A program made the position numbers and the translations under genes. This document shows, in pieces, positions 9,277-23,679 of a stretch of DNA of 64,000 bases (position 1 is its first letter; each line of letters starts with the position of its first letter). A model generated the notes under the pieces. It worked only from the letters and a program-made list of their open reading frames with translations, did not search any database and was not told the DNA's origin. Location of the stretch: assembly GCA_022813965.1 (NCBI GenBank), contig JALDZS010000025.1, forward strand, positions 62,001 through 126,000, in the 5' to 3' direction. This DNA comes from Toensbergia leucococca (lineage: Eukaryota).

Positions 9277-11297
9277 ATGTCTTTCACCAGACAGGCTTCT
9301 TTCCCGCCGGGACCCAACATTGCTCTACTTACACCTCGATTATGCATGGCCTTTTTTATCCTCTTCCAGCTACTGCTGCCTGCGGTAGCCAAGTCTGCAG
9401 CAGATTACTATGTTCAATCTCTGCCTGGACAGCCAGATGGTCCGCTACTAAAAATGCATGCAGGGTAACTTATGCCTATTCTGTTCACTACCTCTGTATC
9501 ACACTGACGTGCGCACTGTATAGACATATAGAAGTCAATGCCGAGCACCACGGAAATCTCTGGTTCTGGCATTTTCAAAATCGACATATTGCGAATCGAC
9601 AGCGGACAGTTATCTGGCTTAATGGGGGACCTGGATGCAGCTCAATGGACGGGGCTTTGATGGAGATAGGACCATATAGACTGAAAGACGATGCGCATTT
9701 GGTCTACAATGACGGTTCTTGGGACGAGTTCGCAAATTTGCTGTTTGTCGATAATCCGGTAGGGACAGGTTACAGTTATATCGATACCAACAGCTATCTC
9801 CATGAGCTCAAGGAAATGGCAGATCATATGATGATATTTCTTGAAAAATTCTTCGGGTTATTTCCAGAGTATGAGAGTGACGACGTGGGTTACCTGGATC
9901 TTTGGGGCACGGCCATAGAAATTGACTCTTATTAGATCTATTTCGCTGGGGAATCATACGCCGGCCAACATATACCCTATATCGCCCAGGCGATACTTGA
10001 TCGCAACGCTTCACCAAACAATAAAATCGCCTGGAATCTCTCCGGCTTACTCATTGGAAACGGCTGGATTGCACCTGTAGAACAGTACAATGCCTATCTA
10101 GAGTTTGCCTACAAGTCTGGCCTCGTCCAAGGTGGATCAGATATCGCAAAGCAGCTTGAAGGCAAACAGACCCTCTGCATAAAGAGCCTCAACGAGGCCG
10201 GGGGAAATGAGCTCGTCGACACTTCGGTTTGTGAGGAGGTTCTCCAGGAGATTCTACGCCTGACTCAGAAGAATGGTCGCTGCGCAAACATGTACGATGT
10301 CCGGCTCGATGACGTCTATCCTAGCTGTGGTATGAATTGGCCGCCAGATCTTACAAGTGTCACGCCATACCTACGCCGCCAAGAAGTTGTTGATGCATTG
10401 CATGTCAGTCATGATAAGCGCTCAGGATGGACCGAATGTTCTGGAGCTGTGGGGAGTAATTTCAGGGCTACTCATTCCAAACCTTCTATACAGCTTCTCC
10501 CCGGAATTTTAGAGCATGTTCCTGTTATTCTCTTTTCTGGTGACCAGGATCTCATCTGTAATCATATTGGAACCGAAGAGCTTATCCATAATATGGAATG
10601 GAATGGTGGGAAAGGCTTCGAACTCTCACCCGGTACGTGGGCCACTAGGAGAGACTGGACATTCGAGGGCCAGCCGGCGGGAATATATCAGGAAGCAAGG
10701 AATTTGACTTACATTCTCTTCTACAACTCCTCACACATGGTTCCGTTTGATTATCCGCGGCGAACGAGAGATATGTTGGACCGCTTTCTCGGGGTTGATA
10801 TAGCAAGTATTGGTGGTACACCTGCAGATTCGCGTATCGATGGGGAAAAGGGGATGGAAACGAGCGTCGGCGGTCATCCTAACAGCACGGCTGGTGAACA
10901 GGCTGAGAAAGAGAAGGTAGAGGATGCGAGATGGGCTGCTTATTATAAGTCTGGGGAAGTGGCTCTCATTGTCGTGATCATTGCAGCGACGGCATGGGGC
11001 TGGTTTGTTTGGCGGGGCCGACGCAGGAGAGCCGGCTATAGGGGCATCTTCGGAGGCCTGGGAATTGCCAACGACTCTTTTCTGGCCGATGGCGGATTAC
11101 GGCCGAGAGGGTTTCGGGGCAAGAGGGATGGAAGGGATGTGGAAGCCATTGATTTCGATGAGAGTGAGCTGGATGATCTGCACGGAACGGAACCAAGGGA
11201 TGATGGGATGGAAAGGGAGAGATACAGCCTTGGCGGTGTGAGCAGCGACGATGAGCAGGATTCTAACGGGCATGCTAAAGGGAAGGAAAAGGGATAG
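9277..11297 (+). CDS. KEX1: Pheromone-processing serine carboxypeptidase Kex1 (S10)
   Basis: [43 protein letters not shown], then a TM helix and acidic tail. 2 introns. Confidence 0.96.
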
Positions 11298-12576
11298 GAT
11301 ATGGGGATCATCGAAAGTTCACATTGCATGACTTGGTGTGGTTGGCGTTTAACGTAAGCTAGAGACAGATTTGGTCTACACAGGTATAAGCATTGTTAAG
11401 AACTGCATCCATGTCTGCTCACCATACACTTCTGCAACCGAAGACTTGCTTGGGCTTGAGCTCACCCGGACAAAAGTGCGAAGTGCCCCAGCAATCCAAA
11501 AGTTCATCAGATACCATAACGCATATGTTGGTCGTCAGCGACGCCCCCGACACCACTAGGATGCGCGGATTGCCTCAGTGCTTGACTCTATATTGGTATT
11601 TCATCATCTGAACGTGTGTTCTCAGTCTGGCCCGTTTGACCAGGCGAATCCTGCCATCTCCAATTCTTGATTTCCAAGACAGAAGGGAAAAGCCAGAGAG
11701 ATGCAAAAGCAGACCGTGGGAAAAGGAATGAAAAGAAGACTTCTCGCCTCAAGAATAAGCCCCATCGAGTTACCGTTCCATATCCGCCCCCGTGCCCGAA
11801 AGCCAAGGAGCAGTCAGAAAGGGCAATCGCATATCTATCCATATCGACGAAAGGCCTCCAAATTCACCTATAGAATCCCTGTTCTCACACCCACGCAGTC
11901 TCCAACCTCCTCCCCTCAGTCCAAGAACATCCCAAGCCATACACAGGCGGCCGTGGTAAAGTGCGGACTCGTATCATCGTCCTTGTGGTCTTTACCACGC
12001 CACACCAGCAACATGAGATGATGGGCTGGGAGGAGTACAGACGGTCGAGGAAGGGGGTAATAAGTATGGGGAGATGGAGAGGAGTAAGCCGCGAAGATTG
12101 CTTTTATGGCGGCGCGTTTCCACGATCTCTGCTTCCCGAAGGAGGTAGAGGTGTCCGGGGACTTTCTCCCAAAGCAAAGGATATGAAAGAGAAGCATTTG
12201 TGGTGCCATCTCTGTTTGTAAGCTTTGACTGCGATTCTTTGAGCGAGAAGTGGAAGAGGGAAAGACAATGTGGAAGTGGGATTTGAAGTTGCAGAAATTC
12301 GAGATGGCGCTAGTGTCAGCAGATATTCTAGAACTAGATCCTAATTGGTGCAGTAGACGAGCCTACCTAGGTGGGATTTGGGATTGTAGCGGACCTGGCG
12401 TGCTAGGCGAGTGTCTTCTCCGTTGCTTGTCGAGATATGCCTGGAGTGGTGCCTACTGCCTACCAATCTCTTTACTTACTTCTCGGATGTTCGCCGAGAC
12501 CTCTACTTCTGCCTCCATTTAAGCCAGTCCCGTCTTCCTTCTCCTCCTTTCAAAGGCCCCACATCTCTCTCACACA

Positions 12577-13789
12577 ATGTCCGGTCTTTTTGGCTCTAAC
12601 CCCTCCACAGGAGCTACAACAGCCAACAATACCACAGGCGACCTAAGCAAAGATATTACCTTGAACTCGCCTCCTGATGACAGTATATCCGACCTTACTT
12701 TCTCGCCCCAGACAGAGCACCTGGCTGTGGCCTCATGGGATAAAAAGGTCCGCATCTACGAAATCAATGCCCAGGGGGGGAGCGAAGGGAAAGCTATATT
12801 CGAGCACGAGCAACCTGTATTGAGTTGCTGTTGGTCCAAGGTATGTGGCCCTTTCATAGTTAATATTATTTCAAGAAAATTCAGCCAACTCACTCCATCA
12901 GGATGGGACCAAAGTCGTCGGCGGCGGCGCAGACAAAGCAGCCCGGATGCTCGATCTTGGTTCCGGCCAAACAACAGCCCAGCAAGTTGCTGTTCATGAC
13001 CAGCCCATACGCTGCGTCCGCTTCGTCGATGTCCCAGGCTCAGCGTCCCCGGTCCTAGTCACCGGATCGTGGGACAAGACCGTCAAGTACTGGGATCTCC
13101 GAGCGGCAACCCCAGTAGCGTCAATAGACTGTCAGGAGAGGGTTTACAGTATGGACCAAAAGGACAAACTTCTAGTGATAGCAACGGCAGACAGATACAT
13201 CAATATTGTGAATCTGGACCAGCCGACGAAATTCTACAAGACTATGCAAAGTCCGCTGAAGTGGCAGACTAGAGTGGTCAGCTGCTTCGCCGATGCCACC
13301 GGATTTGCTGTCGGCAGTATTGAAGGCCGATGTGCAATCCAGTACGTTGAAGAAAAAGACAGCAGGTAATAATTCTCCCCTCGGACCCATCCTGTCTCTA
13401 TCGCTAAATTTTCAACTCCCCATAGCTCCAACTTTTCTTTCAAATGTCACCGCCAAACCCCCCCAACCTCTCGCGACATTTCCAACGTCTACTCCGTCAA
13501 CGCCATCTCATTCCACCCCGTGCACGGTACTTTCAGCACAGCCGGCAGCGATGGCACCTTCCACTTCTGGGACAAAGACGCCAAGCACCGCCTCAAGGGC
13601 TACCCCGAAGTTGGCGGCTCCATCAGCTCAACATGCTTCAATCGAAACGGCACCATTTTTGCGTACGCGGTTAGCTATGACTGGAGCAAAGGATATGCGC
13701 ACAATACGCCGCAAGTGGTTAACAAGGTCATGTTACATCCCGTGACGACGGACGAGTGTAAACCGAGGCCGAAGGTCAACAAGAGGTAG
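12577..13789 (+). CDS. RAE1: mRNA export factor Rae1/Gle2 (WD40)
   Basis: SPPDDSISDLTFSP, TGSWDKTVKYWDLR, SPLKWQTRVV, GSIEGRCAI, IFAYAVSYDWSKG. 2 introns. Confidence 0.96.
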
Positions 13790-14158
13790 TCTCGATTTAG
13801 ATGGATTTAAGAGTGTACTAGAGCCAAAGCATTGTTATTAGATACCACGTTCGGCGTTCCAGGGAGCGATTTGCGGCAATAGGGGGCGATGGTATGCAGG
13901 CGTCCTCACCACCGGAGCGATGAGGAGTGTTGATCTATGCAATGAAGAGCATTACGGAGGCTTTAGAACATGTAGAGAATTGGTCCGCAGCAAGCGAAAC
14001 TTCTCGTTTCAAGACGCAGTGGAATAGAGCAAACAGTATTCCTGTAGCAGAGGCACAGCTCTAACCTCCGTCATTCCAGCCCAGAACGTAAGACATTCAA
14101 TCCAACACTTTTCCCCATATACAATATTGCCAAGATTACAAGCATCCCCGACAACCTC

Positions 14159-16627
14159 CTACCCCTTCCTCGACAACAGATTCAATGCACTTCCCGCCAG
14201 AATAAACCCAGCCTGATCCTTTGACATTGTGTGCCTGACCCCAAACTCGACAACATCACCATCCCTCTTCTCCACCCTCAACCGCACCTCTCCTTCGCCA
14301 CCCCTGCTCAACATCTCATACAGCCCCACCGTACTGACCATATCCCCCGCCTCGATCCGTTCATAGTCGCCCATCTCCTCAAACACCAACGGAACCACCC
14401 CTTGCTTCTTCAAATTCGTCTCATGAATTCGCGCAAACCCCTTCGCCAACACCACCCTCCCGCCAAGATACCTCGGCTGCAGCGCCGCATGCTCCCTCGC
14501 GCTACCCTCGCCGTAATTGTCCTCGGCAACGACTAGCCACTCCTTCCCTTGGGCTTTCCACTTGGCCGCCAATTCCGGGATACCGCTGGTGGGAGAACCC
14601 GGCTCGAAGTGGTCGTACGCGACGTTTGTTTCGCCAGTAGCGGCATTGACGGCACCGATGAGGGTGTTGGCGCTGATGTTAGGGAGATGGCCTTTGTATT
14701 TAAGCCATGGACCGGCGGCAGAGATGGTGTCAGTTGTGCATTGGCCTTTAATCTTGTACAGGACTCGGAGGTTTGAGAGTTCGCCGCAGGGAAAGGGGCT
14801 GAACGGTTCAAGAACGGCTAGGCGCGAGGAGGTTGGTGAGATGGAGACTGGGTGGGAAGGAATCGGAACGCCGGCTGTGGGAGCGAGTAATGGGTTTCCT
14901 TGGGCGAAGCCGGCGGAAGGGAGGTCGTGGCCTCGAGGGGGGGAGAAGCGGAATGGGGCCCCGGAGCGGGTCGGCAGAGTGTCTGTCAATGGATTGAAGG
15001 TCGTAGTACCGGCATAGGACATTGCGGTGACAATCTCAGGTGAGGCAAGGAAGTTCATTGTGGAAGGATTTCCGTCGTTGCGGCCTTTGAAGTTGCGGTT
15101 GTAGGAAGTGAGAATAGCATTGGCATCACCCCTGGTGACACCGTCAGTGCGTTTCCATTGTCCTATACACGGTCCGCAAGCATTGGCTAGAACAGTTCCG
15201 CCGGCCGCAGTAAAAGTATCCAATGTGCGATCGCGCGAAAGTGTTGCTCGGATCTGCTCGCTGCCGGGAGTGATGTAGAAGTCAGCTTTGGGTTGCAGAC
15301 CAGCGGCCGAAGCTTGTTTAACCAGGTCCTCTGCTCGGGTCATGTCTTGGTAAGAACTGTTGGTGCAGCTACCGATCAGACCAGCACCGAAGTTTTCGGG
15401 CCATTTGTTAGTCTTCACTGCATCTTTGAAATGTGAAAGAGGGGTGGAGAGATCAGGAGTGAAAGGGCCGTTGATATGAGGCTCGAGGCTTGAGAGATCT
15501 ATTGTGATGAGCTTGTCGTACTCAGCGTCCCTGTCCGCACGAAGGAGGTTGGATGCATCGGGAGAAGAAGTAATGACAGCAGCAGCGGTGGCAATGGGAC
15601 CTCTATGAGTCGACTCTAAATAGGGTATCATGCTTGGGGAGAAAGGAAAAATTGATGTCGTGGCGCCGACTTCAGCACCCATATTACAGATGGTAGCCAT
15701 ACCTGTACAGCTGATTGTCTCCACACCAGGACCAAAATACTCAATGATGAAGCCAGTGCCACCTCGTACAGTCAAAAGCCCTGCCAGCTTCAATATCACA
15801 TCTTTTGGCGCAGCCCAGCCGCTCAGCTCTCCCATGAGCTTCACCCCTAGAACCCTTGGTGCTTTTAGCTCCCACGGAGCGTCTACCAAAGCGTCCACGG
15901 CATCTGCTCCACCAACCCCAATTGCAATGGCACCTAGGCCGCCAGCATTTGGCGTGTGGCTGTCGGTCCCGAGCATCATAAGTCCTGGTGCTGCGTAATT
16001 TTCTAGGACAGACTGATGTATTATGCCGGCACCAGGGGGCCAGAATTCGATTCCATACTTCTTCGCCGCTGACTCCAGAAAGTCAAACACTTCCTTATTC
16101 CCTGTAATAGATGCGGGTAGGTCAACATCTGCTCCTCGTTCCCCAACAATCATATGATCACAGTGGATGCTTGCAGGCACCGCTGTGGATGCGAGACCAC
16201 ATGACATAAATTGTAGTAAGGCCATCTGCGCCGACGCATCTTGCATAGCCACTCGATCTGGCTTGAGCTTGAGGCTGGCGTTGCCCCTGATTTCCGTGCC
16301 ATTGTGTGTGTTCGACAAGAGAGACTCTTCAGGGTTGTCAAGGTGCGAGTAGAGGATTTTTTCGGCAAGAGTGAGTCTTTGCGACGGCCCAAGTATACTT
16401 CTTACCCGGTGAAGGGTCTTCGCGATCTTGGAGTATGGTGGTGTCCTCGATGCAAGGTCTGAGTGGGCTGGAGTATCTGACGAGGCCTCTGTGGCAAGGG
16501 AGCGATGGAGCGCATAGCTTCGAGTTGGACGTCTGAGACTCTTGGGTTCAGTCAGTGAGTACAAGTAGCGTTACAGCAGGCAAGGGAAATCACAGACTCG
16601 TAGTACAGCAGTCGCTCGGGACCTCAT
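14159..16627 (-). CDS. ACO2: Mitochondrial aconitase family, Aco2/homocitrate dehydratase type
   Basis: DRVAMQDASAQMA, IHCDH, GTDSHTPN, IGSCTNSSY, ANACGPCIGQW, YGEGSAREHAA. Short first exon from ATG 16627. Confidence 0.93.
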
Positions 16628-17119
16628 GTTTATCAATTGTATCCTCTTGCACTCCCAACTGTCTTTGATTGAGTTGTCGCCTTCTCGGCTCGAGATCTAA
16701 TAAAAACTTTGCCATAATTGAACCGCGACCGAGCATTTTTTTACCAAGGTTTATGACATTCCAAAGATACGAGCTCTACAGCCAGATAATCTACTCGGAC
16801 TTGTCTTCCTATGACAGCACTTGTGTATGTAGGAGTACGCGGAGAAGGTGAAGTCAGAGCAGGACTCGTATGAAGTAGTATAAGACAACCATACGTAAGA
16901 CTTCCGGTCTTCTTTTTTCGTGCCCAGAAATATTCCTCAATCAACCTCCAACACCAGTCTATGTAACAGATGCCACTGCTTATGCGAGAGCAGTTGCAGA
17001 AAGAGAGAACGAAAAGATGGCGCCTGAAGTTTCATTGATGCCAATGATCCATGAAGTTCCTACAACTGACAACTTGGAAATTCTCTATCCAGTCTTCAAA
17101 CAATTTTACATTCCCAAGT

Positions 17120-17931
17120 CTACAGAGCCATCGCCAGCCCAGCTACTGCGACCACGACAACAGCATATGAGACAAGGTTTTTTGTTGCGGCACCGGTAAA
17201 TTTGGCTGCTGATGGCGAAGAAGTTGTACTCGATGGAGAAGCGGTCGCCGAAGGAACGATCGGCGAACCAGTGGCTCCAGATCCAGATCCGGAGCCCGTA
17301 GTAGCGCTCGCGAAGCCGGAGGAACCCAATGCGCCAGTCGCACTACACACACGTTAGCTGTGAGCTGATACTTTTTCACATATAAGCTTCTGACCTAATT
17401 GCTGTGGTTTTGGTGCATGAGCACACCGTGTCGAAGTATGTCGAAGTGTAGACAACAGTGCTGTTGCCGGTGCCATAAGGAGCTCCAGAGACCGACGCAG
17501 AAGCAGATGAGCTGTAAGCGGAGGCAGAACTTGAGCTCGACGAAGAGCCGGACGATGATACAGATGCTACGAAAGCATGATATTAGTATGGGGGAAATAA
17601 AATGATGTATGGATCCAAAGATTGCACTTACAAACGGTCACACCAGCTGATTTGCAAACATCGTAGAAAGCAGTAAGGGCCGCATCGGTGTTGCCGCCGC
17701 AGAGGTTTTTGATTTGGTTTTGAACCTTGGGAGAGTCGACTCCGCAGATGGTGGGCAGGTCAGCAGGGTTTTGCTCGGTGCTATTCACGCGTGAGCAATG
17801 TTGACCTATCACTATGCACTCTCGGCACCATACTTGACTGCAGCCAGAAGACAAGCGGGTGGAACAGCAGCCACGATCTGTGCAGAAGCTGCGAATAGAG
17901 CAAGCAAGATTGTTGACTTTGCAGCGAACAT
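17120..17931 (-). CDS. GPI-anchored cell-wall protein with small Cys-rich (CFEM-like, 4 Cys) N-domain and Ser/Thr stalk
   Basis: Signal MFAAKSTILLALFAASAQIVAA. PPACLLAAV..ICG..NLCG..DVCK. S/T-rich region, then C-terminal FTGAA followed by a hydrophobic tail. 3 introns. Confidence 0.88.
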
Positions 17932-18168
17932 GATGATTAAGTTGAGGAATGTAAGTGTTGTTGTGTGTCTGCGAGAGATGAGTAGTGACTGAGAGGCAAT
18001 GAATGTGATAGAAAAGCGTCGGTCAGAAAAGTGATGCTAAAGAGCGACTTTGGTCAATTCGAGGGCGCAAAGAAAAAATTGACTTGAAAGACAGTTGGCG
18101 TGTTGGGTTTTGGTGCTTGGTGCTTGCGCTCAAGGGAGAAAGGGGATACAAAACCGCGAAGGAGCTAG

Positions 18169-18178
18169 CTAAATTTAG
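18169..18178. promoter_or_regulatory. Candidate Rlm1/MEF2-type MADS-box site CTA(W)4TAG
   Basis: CTAAATTTAG within palindrome GCTAAATTTAGC, ~240 bp upstream of the GPI cell-wall gene ATG. Confidence 0.5.
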
Positions 18179-18962
18179 CAGACGACACTAGACTAGAATA
18201 GCGCAAGGTCCCAAACAACGCCTGCAGGCCGCAAGGTACAGCTTTACAAAGATACCACTTATTGAATATTCGTGAAAGAAATGAGTCGTACCATCTCCCT
18301 TGATGGGGCAGTGAAACTAGTGTATGTCTTTGACGTCTATTCTGGTAGTCTATAGCTACATGTGTAAAGGAGTCCACAAAGAATTTCTCATCGAACTCTT
18401 CTAGGTGGCCCTTCATTACCTACACCCGGCTTTCAACTAGCTACCTCAGTACCTTTGACTACAAAAATCCAGTGCTTGACAAAGAAACTTTTGCTAAGAA
18501 CTCGAAATTGTGCTCAATTTTCAGTGTTTCCAGCTCGTCTTGTCAAGGCTTTTGCTACTCGAAATTGGCTTCAATATTGTAATTTCATGGTCAGTGTGGG
18601 TACTACCGCATCTCTCATAACACGCCCAAGGTAAGGTATGTTTGAAGGATAAACGCTTACAAAATCAAAGTATAGAGAGCGTGGCAGTAGATCCTACTCT
18701 TCCGAACTCGAAATTGTCTCACAACTCACAAGCCTAATAGATAGAGAGAAGCAGACACCTCCAAGCAAAACAATGGGTAGAGTCAAAAGGGATTCTGCAT
18801 GTTGGTCAAGAATTTTCTTCTCGGTTCTGATGGAAACTCAATATTTTTAAGTATTGCAAAGGGTCTCCACGATTCCTTACAGCAAAAGTCCGCTTTCCCT
18901 AATAGGCAAGCACAGCTCTCAAGTTGGCTCTGATAATTTCGTAATCTAAGACAATAGAACAA

Positions 18963-20220
18963 TCACCCACCCCTGGCTTCTCTGTAAAAGGAGATGCTTC
19001 TGTTCGCCCCTGCCGTAGCAAAGCCTTCATTCTTTCCAGTCTTGGGCAGCCACTTGACGCTCCATATGGTCTTCTCGGTTTCTGTGTGCGTAGCTACACA
19101 TGTGCGCTGGTCTATAGACCAAACTTTGGCCTTACCATCAAAGGCTCTAAGGTTTGAGTTCAGCACAAAGGTGTAATGGTGGTTAGTCAGAGATGCCTTA
19201 CCCACTCAATAAGTACTCGCCCGTGTCATTCCAATCGAGGGAGAACACCCATGCGCCATGACCCGCAAAATTCGCCACCTGCTCACCAGAAGAGACATCG
19301 TATAGAGCAATGACCTTGGAGTCACCAGCTGCTGCCAACAACTTTCCACCTGGCGAAAAAGCCACAGCACGCACAGGCTTAACATGGCCTGGCAACCATC
19401 AGTAACAATTAAGGACGGGGATCTTCTGTACCTACCAGGAAGCGAACTTTGGAGGCGCCCCGAATCGTTGTTGAAGATGTACACGCCTCCGTTCTCATGC
19501 CCTGATGCCGTAAATTTACCGTCCGCAGACTGCGTGACTAGGGTCAGTGAATACAGGAGCAAGAACCCCATTTGGCCTCTTACAATATCTATAGACATGC
19601 CAAAGCTGCCTTTGGTCTCGAATTCGCGGATCTTTGTTCGATTTGCATGTAAATCCCAAACGTTGATTCGTCCATCGAAAGATGTGCCCGCAAGGTATCT
19701 ACCTTCCTCAGTGAGAGCTACAGCCCAAATTTCTCCGGCTTTGTTCCCATCTAAGTAATCTTTAGTGACTCCCATGCCTGCGATGTGGAAGAATATGTGA
19801 AAGGAAATCCGCACCTACAATTTTGCCCTTCTCAGCCCATTGTCCACCTTGAAAGTCCCATATTGTCACCTCTCCACCAAAGCCTACACTTGCAGCGTTT
19901 TCTCCATTTTTGCTGGATACTACGTGGTGACACCCAAGCTTATGGGCCCCGTCAACGGTTTGAACCGTGGGGAAGTCAGCGTCGGCAGTCGAATGGACCT
20001 TCAAAGCTGATGACCCAGAGGCGGAAATTATTTGAGTCGAGGTGACTGCGAGGGAGAAGATTTCGGTAACATGCGCTTCGTTATCGTCAAATCACTCTCG
20101 GTACAGAGAACGGCATCAATTATATTACCATCATCGATTGTGTGACTTGTGAGATATTGTTTCGACTAATCACGTAAATTTGCCGCACTCAGCCTGAATT
20201 TGGGAAGCAAGACTCACCAT
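18963..20220 (-). CDS. SKI8: WD40 protein Ski8/Rec14
   Basis: ATG-only exon then SKQYLTSHTIDD; AHKLGCHHV, FETKGSFGMSID, GHVKPVRAVAFSPGG, GANRSISFYREARGG. Confidence 0.92.
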
Positions 20221-20599
20221 GGCCAGGAAGAGCGCCGCTATCACATGATTTGAGCTTCAACATGCGTCCGGCGACATTCAATATCATGGCAGCATGGTTT
20301 AAAAGACGATTAGGGCAGGAGTAATTTAGCCGAGCGCTGTCATGACCAAATAGGTAAACCCATCCGAGTTTCTCACCAAACACCTCCCCTCGATCTGAAT
20401 AACTCCATAGTATTCGAGGCATACTTGATATTCTGTTGTTCAACATTACATTGAATGAATGTAGTCCTGATCGCAATGAACAATTTAATAAGAGGACTGT
20501 TCTAAACCTCAGGAAAGGCCTCTAAATAACCGCATCCAACGCCAGCTCAATCCATTTGATACCACGCTATGCTACAAACGATACCTATCGCTTTCCAGG

Positions 20600-21078
20600 T
20601 CATGCATCCAGCTTTGTTGTCTCCTGGGTAGACTTCGATTTTCCCTTCCACATATTTCGAATGTCTGCGATAAAAAGGTCAAACTATGCGTAACTCTAGG
20701 GGATTTCTGGCGAGGCATACCCTGAACACAATACGGGCATAGTATATGGGCCCGCTTTGTGTTTCCACAGGCTGAGCATCTGTTCAGATTGGTGACGTCC
20801 TTCAATGCCTTTCCTGCCATAAATCTTGACCTTTTTTTGCTATGTGACGTTTTCTTCTTGGGCACAGCTCGGAGTATTGACTCCCATAGTCCAGACAATA
20901 ATTGCGGGATATTGAGGTGGATGGCGTTCGAGATGGCTATCGATAGCTGAGGAAAGAAGGAGATTGAGAGTTGTCGGGAGAAGAGGTTTACATCTCCCGG
21001 TCGAAGAGCTGTTCGCATAATAGAGGAGGGTATAATCGAGTAGGAGAGAGACGGAAGGACAGCTTGACGTAGGGCCAT
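20600..21078 (-). CDS. MRPL32: Mitochondrial ribosomal protein bL32m
   Basis: LRAVPKKKTSHSKKRSR...CSACGNTKRAHILCPYC, with a presequence and one 3' intron. Confidence 0.93.
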
Positions 21079-21312
21079 GCCGTACTCTACAGACTGTAGA
21101 TAGAGCACAAGAAGCAGATCCGCGAGGAATTGATTATCAAGATCAAATATCTCTTTGCGTCGTCGTTAGATCAAACTCGCTTCCCCAGCCCACACTAAGG
21201 TACTCCGTAGCGATCCCTGGAGCCCCCTTTCGAACAATGTTTGGCGTGTAATTTCAACACGGGTCAGTGAGCGGATCTTCTACAGCTCACGATCATACCA
21301 ATAAGGTCAACA

Positions 21313-22561
21313 ATGGCAACCCCGAATGTCATGTCTTCACAGTCAAGCCCTGTTATACCTAAGAGCCATGTTGGCTTCGACAGCATAACAACTCAGATTG
21401 AGCGCAAGCTCCTAAAGCGTGGTTTCCAATTCAATGTTATCTGTGTCGGTAGGGAGACGCTACCTCTCAGAACTCGAGCTATGCGGCTGACTCTCGATAC
21501 AGGTCAAACAGGCTTAGGGAAATCGACTCTCATAAACACCATCTTCGCTTCGCATCTCATCGACTCTAAAGGCCGTCTTACACCAAACGACCCTGTTCGA
21601 TCAACAACTGAAATTCAAGCGGTATCGCATGGTAGGGACATCTAGCTTCTCTTGGTTGGGCGTTTTGTTAAGACTTTGGTAGTCATTGAAGAAAACGGCG
21701 TGCGCCTGCGACTTAACATTGTAGACACTCCGGGCTACGGTGATCAGGTTAACAATGACAGATGGTGGGAGTATTGCAGGTCCTGTGTTAGACGATAATT
21801 TACTGACAAACAACAGTTGGGATCCCATAGTCAAATACATCAAAGATCAGCATTCGGCATACTTGCGAAAGGAACTCACTGCACAACGAGAGCGATATAT
21901 ACAAGATACTCGTGTGCATTGCTGTTTGTTCTTCATCCAACCGTCCGGGCATGCGTAAGTTATGGACTAAATCCATCGGGTCCAATATTGAACTTATTGA
22001 TTGCTTGATAGCCTAAAGCCAATTGATATCGTTGTGCTCAAGAAGCTCTCCGATGTTGTCAATGTTGTCCCTGTCATCGCCAAGTCTGACTCGTTGACTC
22101 TAGAAGAGCGCATGGCATTCAAGGAGAGAATCAAGGAAGAGTTTGCATTCCACAACCTACGGATGTACCCTTACGACAACGAGGAGCAAGACGAAGAGGA
22201 ACGGGCCATCAATACCAATATCAAGGATCTTATACCCTTCGCCGTGGTCGGATCCGAAAAGTCTATCGTTGTTGGTGGGCGGTCTGTACGAGGTCGCCAA
22301 AACAGATGGGGCGTCATCAATGTTGAGGATGAAAACCACTGCGAGTTTGTCTCGCTGCGCAACTTTCTCACTCGCACGCATCTCCAAGATCTGATCGAAA
22401 CAACGTCGCAGATTCATTACGAGACATTCCGCGCAAAGCAACTGTTGGCGTTGAAGGAAAACAGCACTGCGGGTGGGCTTTCCGGCAGCAGGCCGATAAG
22501 CCCATCTGCGGAACGAGAGCTGAGCAGGAATTCGCAGAGGATGACCATGAACGGGTATTAG
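21313..22561 (+). CDS. CDC10: Septin Cdc10/AspD
   Basis: [55 protein letters not shown]. No C-terminal coiled coil. 4 introns. Confidence 0.96.
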
Positions 22562-22817
22562 AGATGGAAGCAAAAGTGTAGTCCATGTACGAAAGCGTTT
22601 CCAGAGGCAGATAGTTGTCCTAATTTTAGTATTCCCCAAGCGTTTCTTCATTTCATGCTTTGGCTTCTTCGGGGTTAGCTACTTGCCCTTTCAAGAAATA
22701 GTGCGGCGGGTCTGCATCGATTTAGACTCGGATTTGTTAATGTCAGTCTTATGAAGAACTCTCCAAGTGGTATCATCATGACTTCTATGAAAAAAGAAAC
22801 CATCCGGCTCGCACATC

Positions 22818-23679
22818 TCACTTTCCAGCCTCACTCCCATATCTGCCCCCGTCAACCACCCACTCCTCTACCTCCGCATACGCCTTCTCCAGCTCATCAT
22901 TCACAATGATTTTCTCGTGCGACCCATCCAAGCTGGCAAACTCCATCTCACGCTCAGCCTGGTCCAGCCTCTTCTTTAAGCTCTCCTCATCCTCGGTCCC
23001 TCGTCCCCGCAACCTCTCTTCTAGAATCTTCAACGACGGAGGTGATAGGAATAGAAACCGTGCGTGTAGATCTGTAAGTTTGACTTGCTTGACGCCCTAT
23101 TGTAGCCCGAATTATGTGTTAGAGAGAGGGCGGCATCTGAAGGGTCCTAACATTCATTCAAAGAAAGTAGACAACCAGCGCAGCAGAAAAAATGATAGTA
23201 TGCTATGTGGCCACATACCTCCATCTCAATATCCAGAACGCATATCCTCCCTTTCTCTGCCACATCTTTCACTGCCTTGACGCTCGTCCCGTAGTAATTC
23301 CCGCCAAACTTGGCATATTCGATAAATCCCCCATCCTCAACAAGCTTCAGGAAAGATTCTTGCGTCGTGAAATTATATTCGCGGCCATCTTGCTCGCCAG
23401 CGCGTGGGAAACGAGTCGTGTCTGCAGCGAGGCTCAATCTTACGAGCTAGAGAGGCTTGTAACCTTTGAGGCAGGAATCTGGGGGGTTACGGACGTGAGA
23501 CGGAGAAGCCGAAGGTGGACGGATGGGCCGCAAAGAGGCGTTTCAGAATCGTCGACTTGCCGGTGCCAGAGGGCCCTGACATTACAATTGGGCGGTGGGT
23601 CTTTATGGCTGTTGGGGATGGGGGTTAGTGGAGGAAGAACGAAGAGATGCATTATTGCGAACTCACCGTTCGGAGGCAT
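22818..23679 (-). CDS. GUK1: Guanylate kinase
   Basis: [58 protein letters not shown]. 3 introns. Confidence 0.95.

Noticed and set aside
11588..12522. Several 60-106 aa ORFs between KEX1 and RAE1
   Set aside because: No recognisable motif or consistent splice model. A small gene cannot be excluded.
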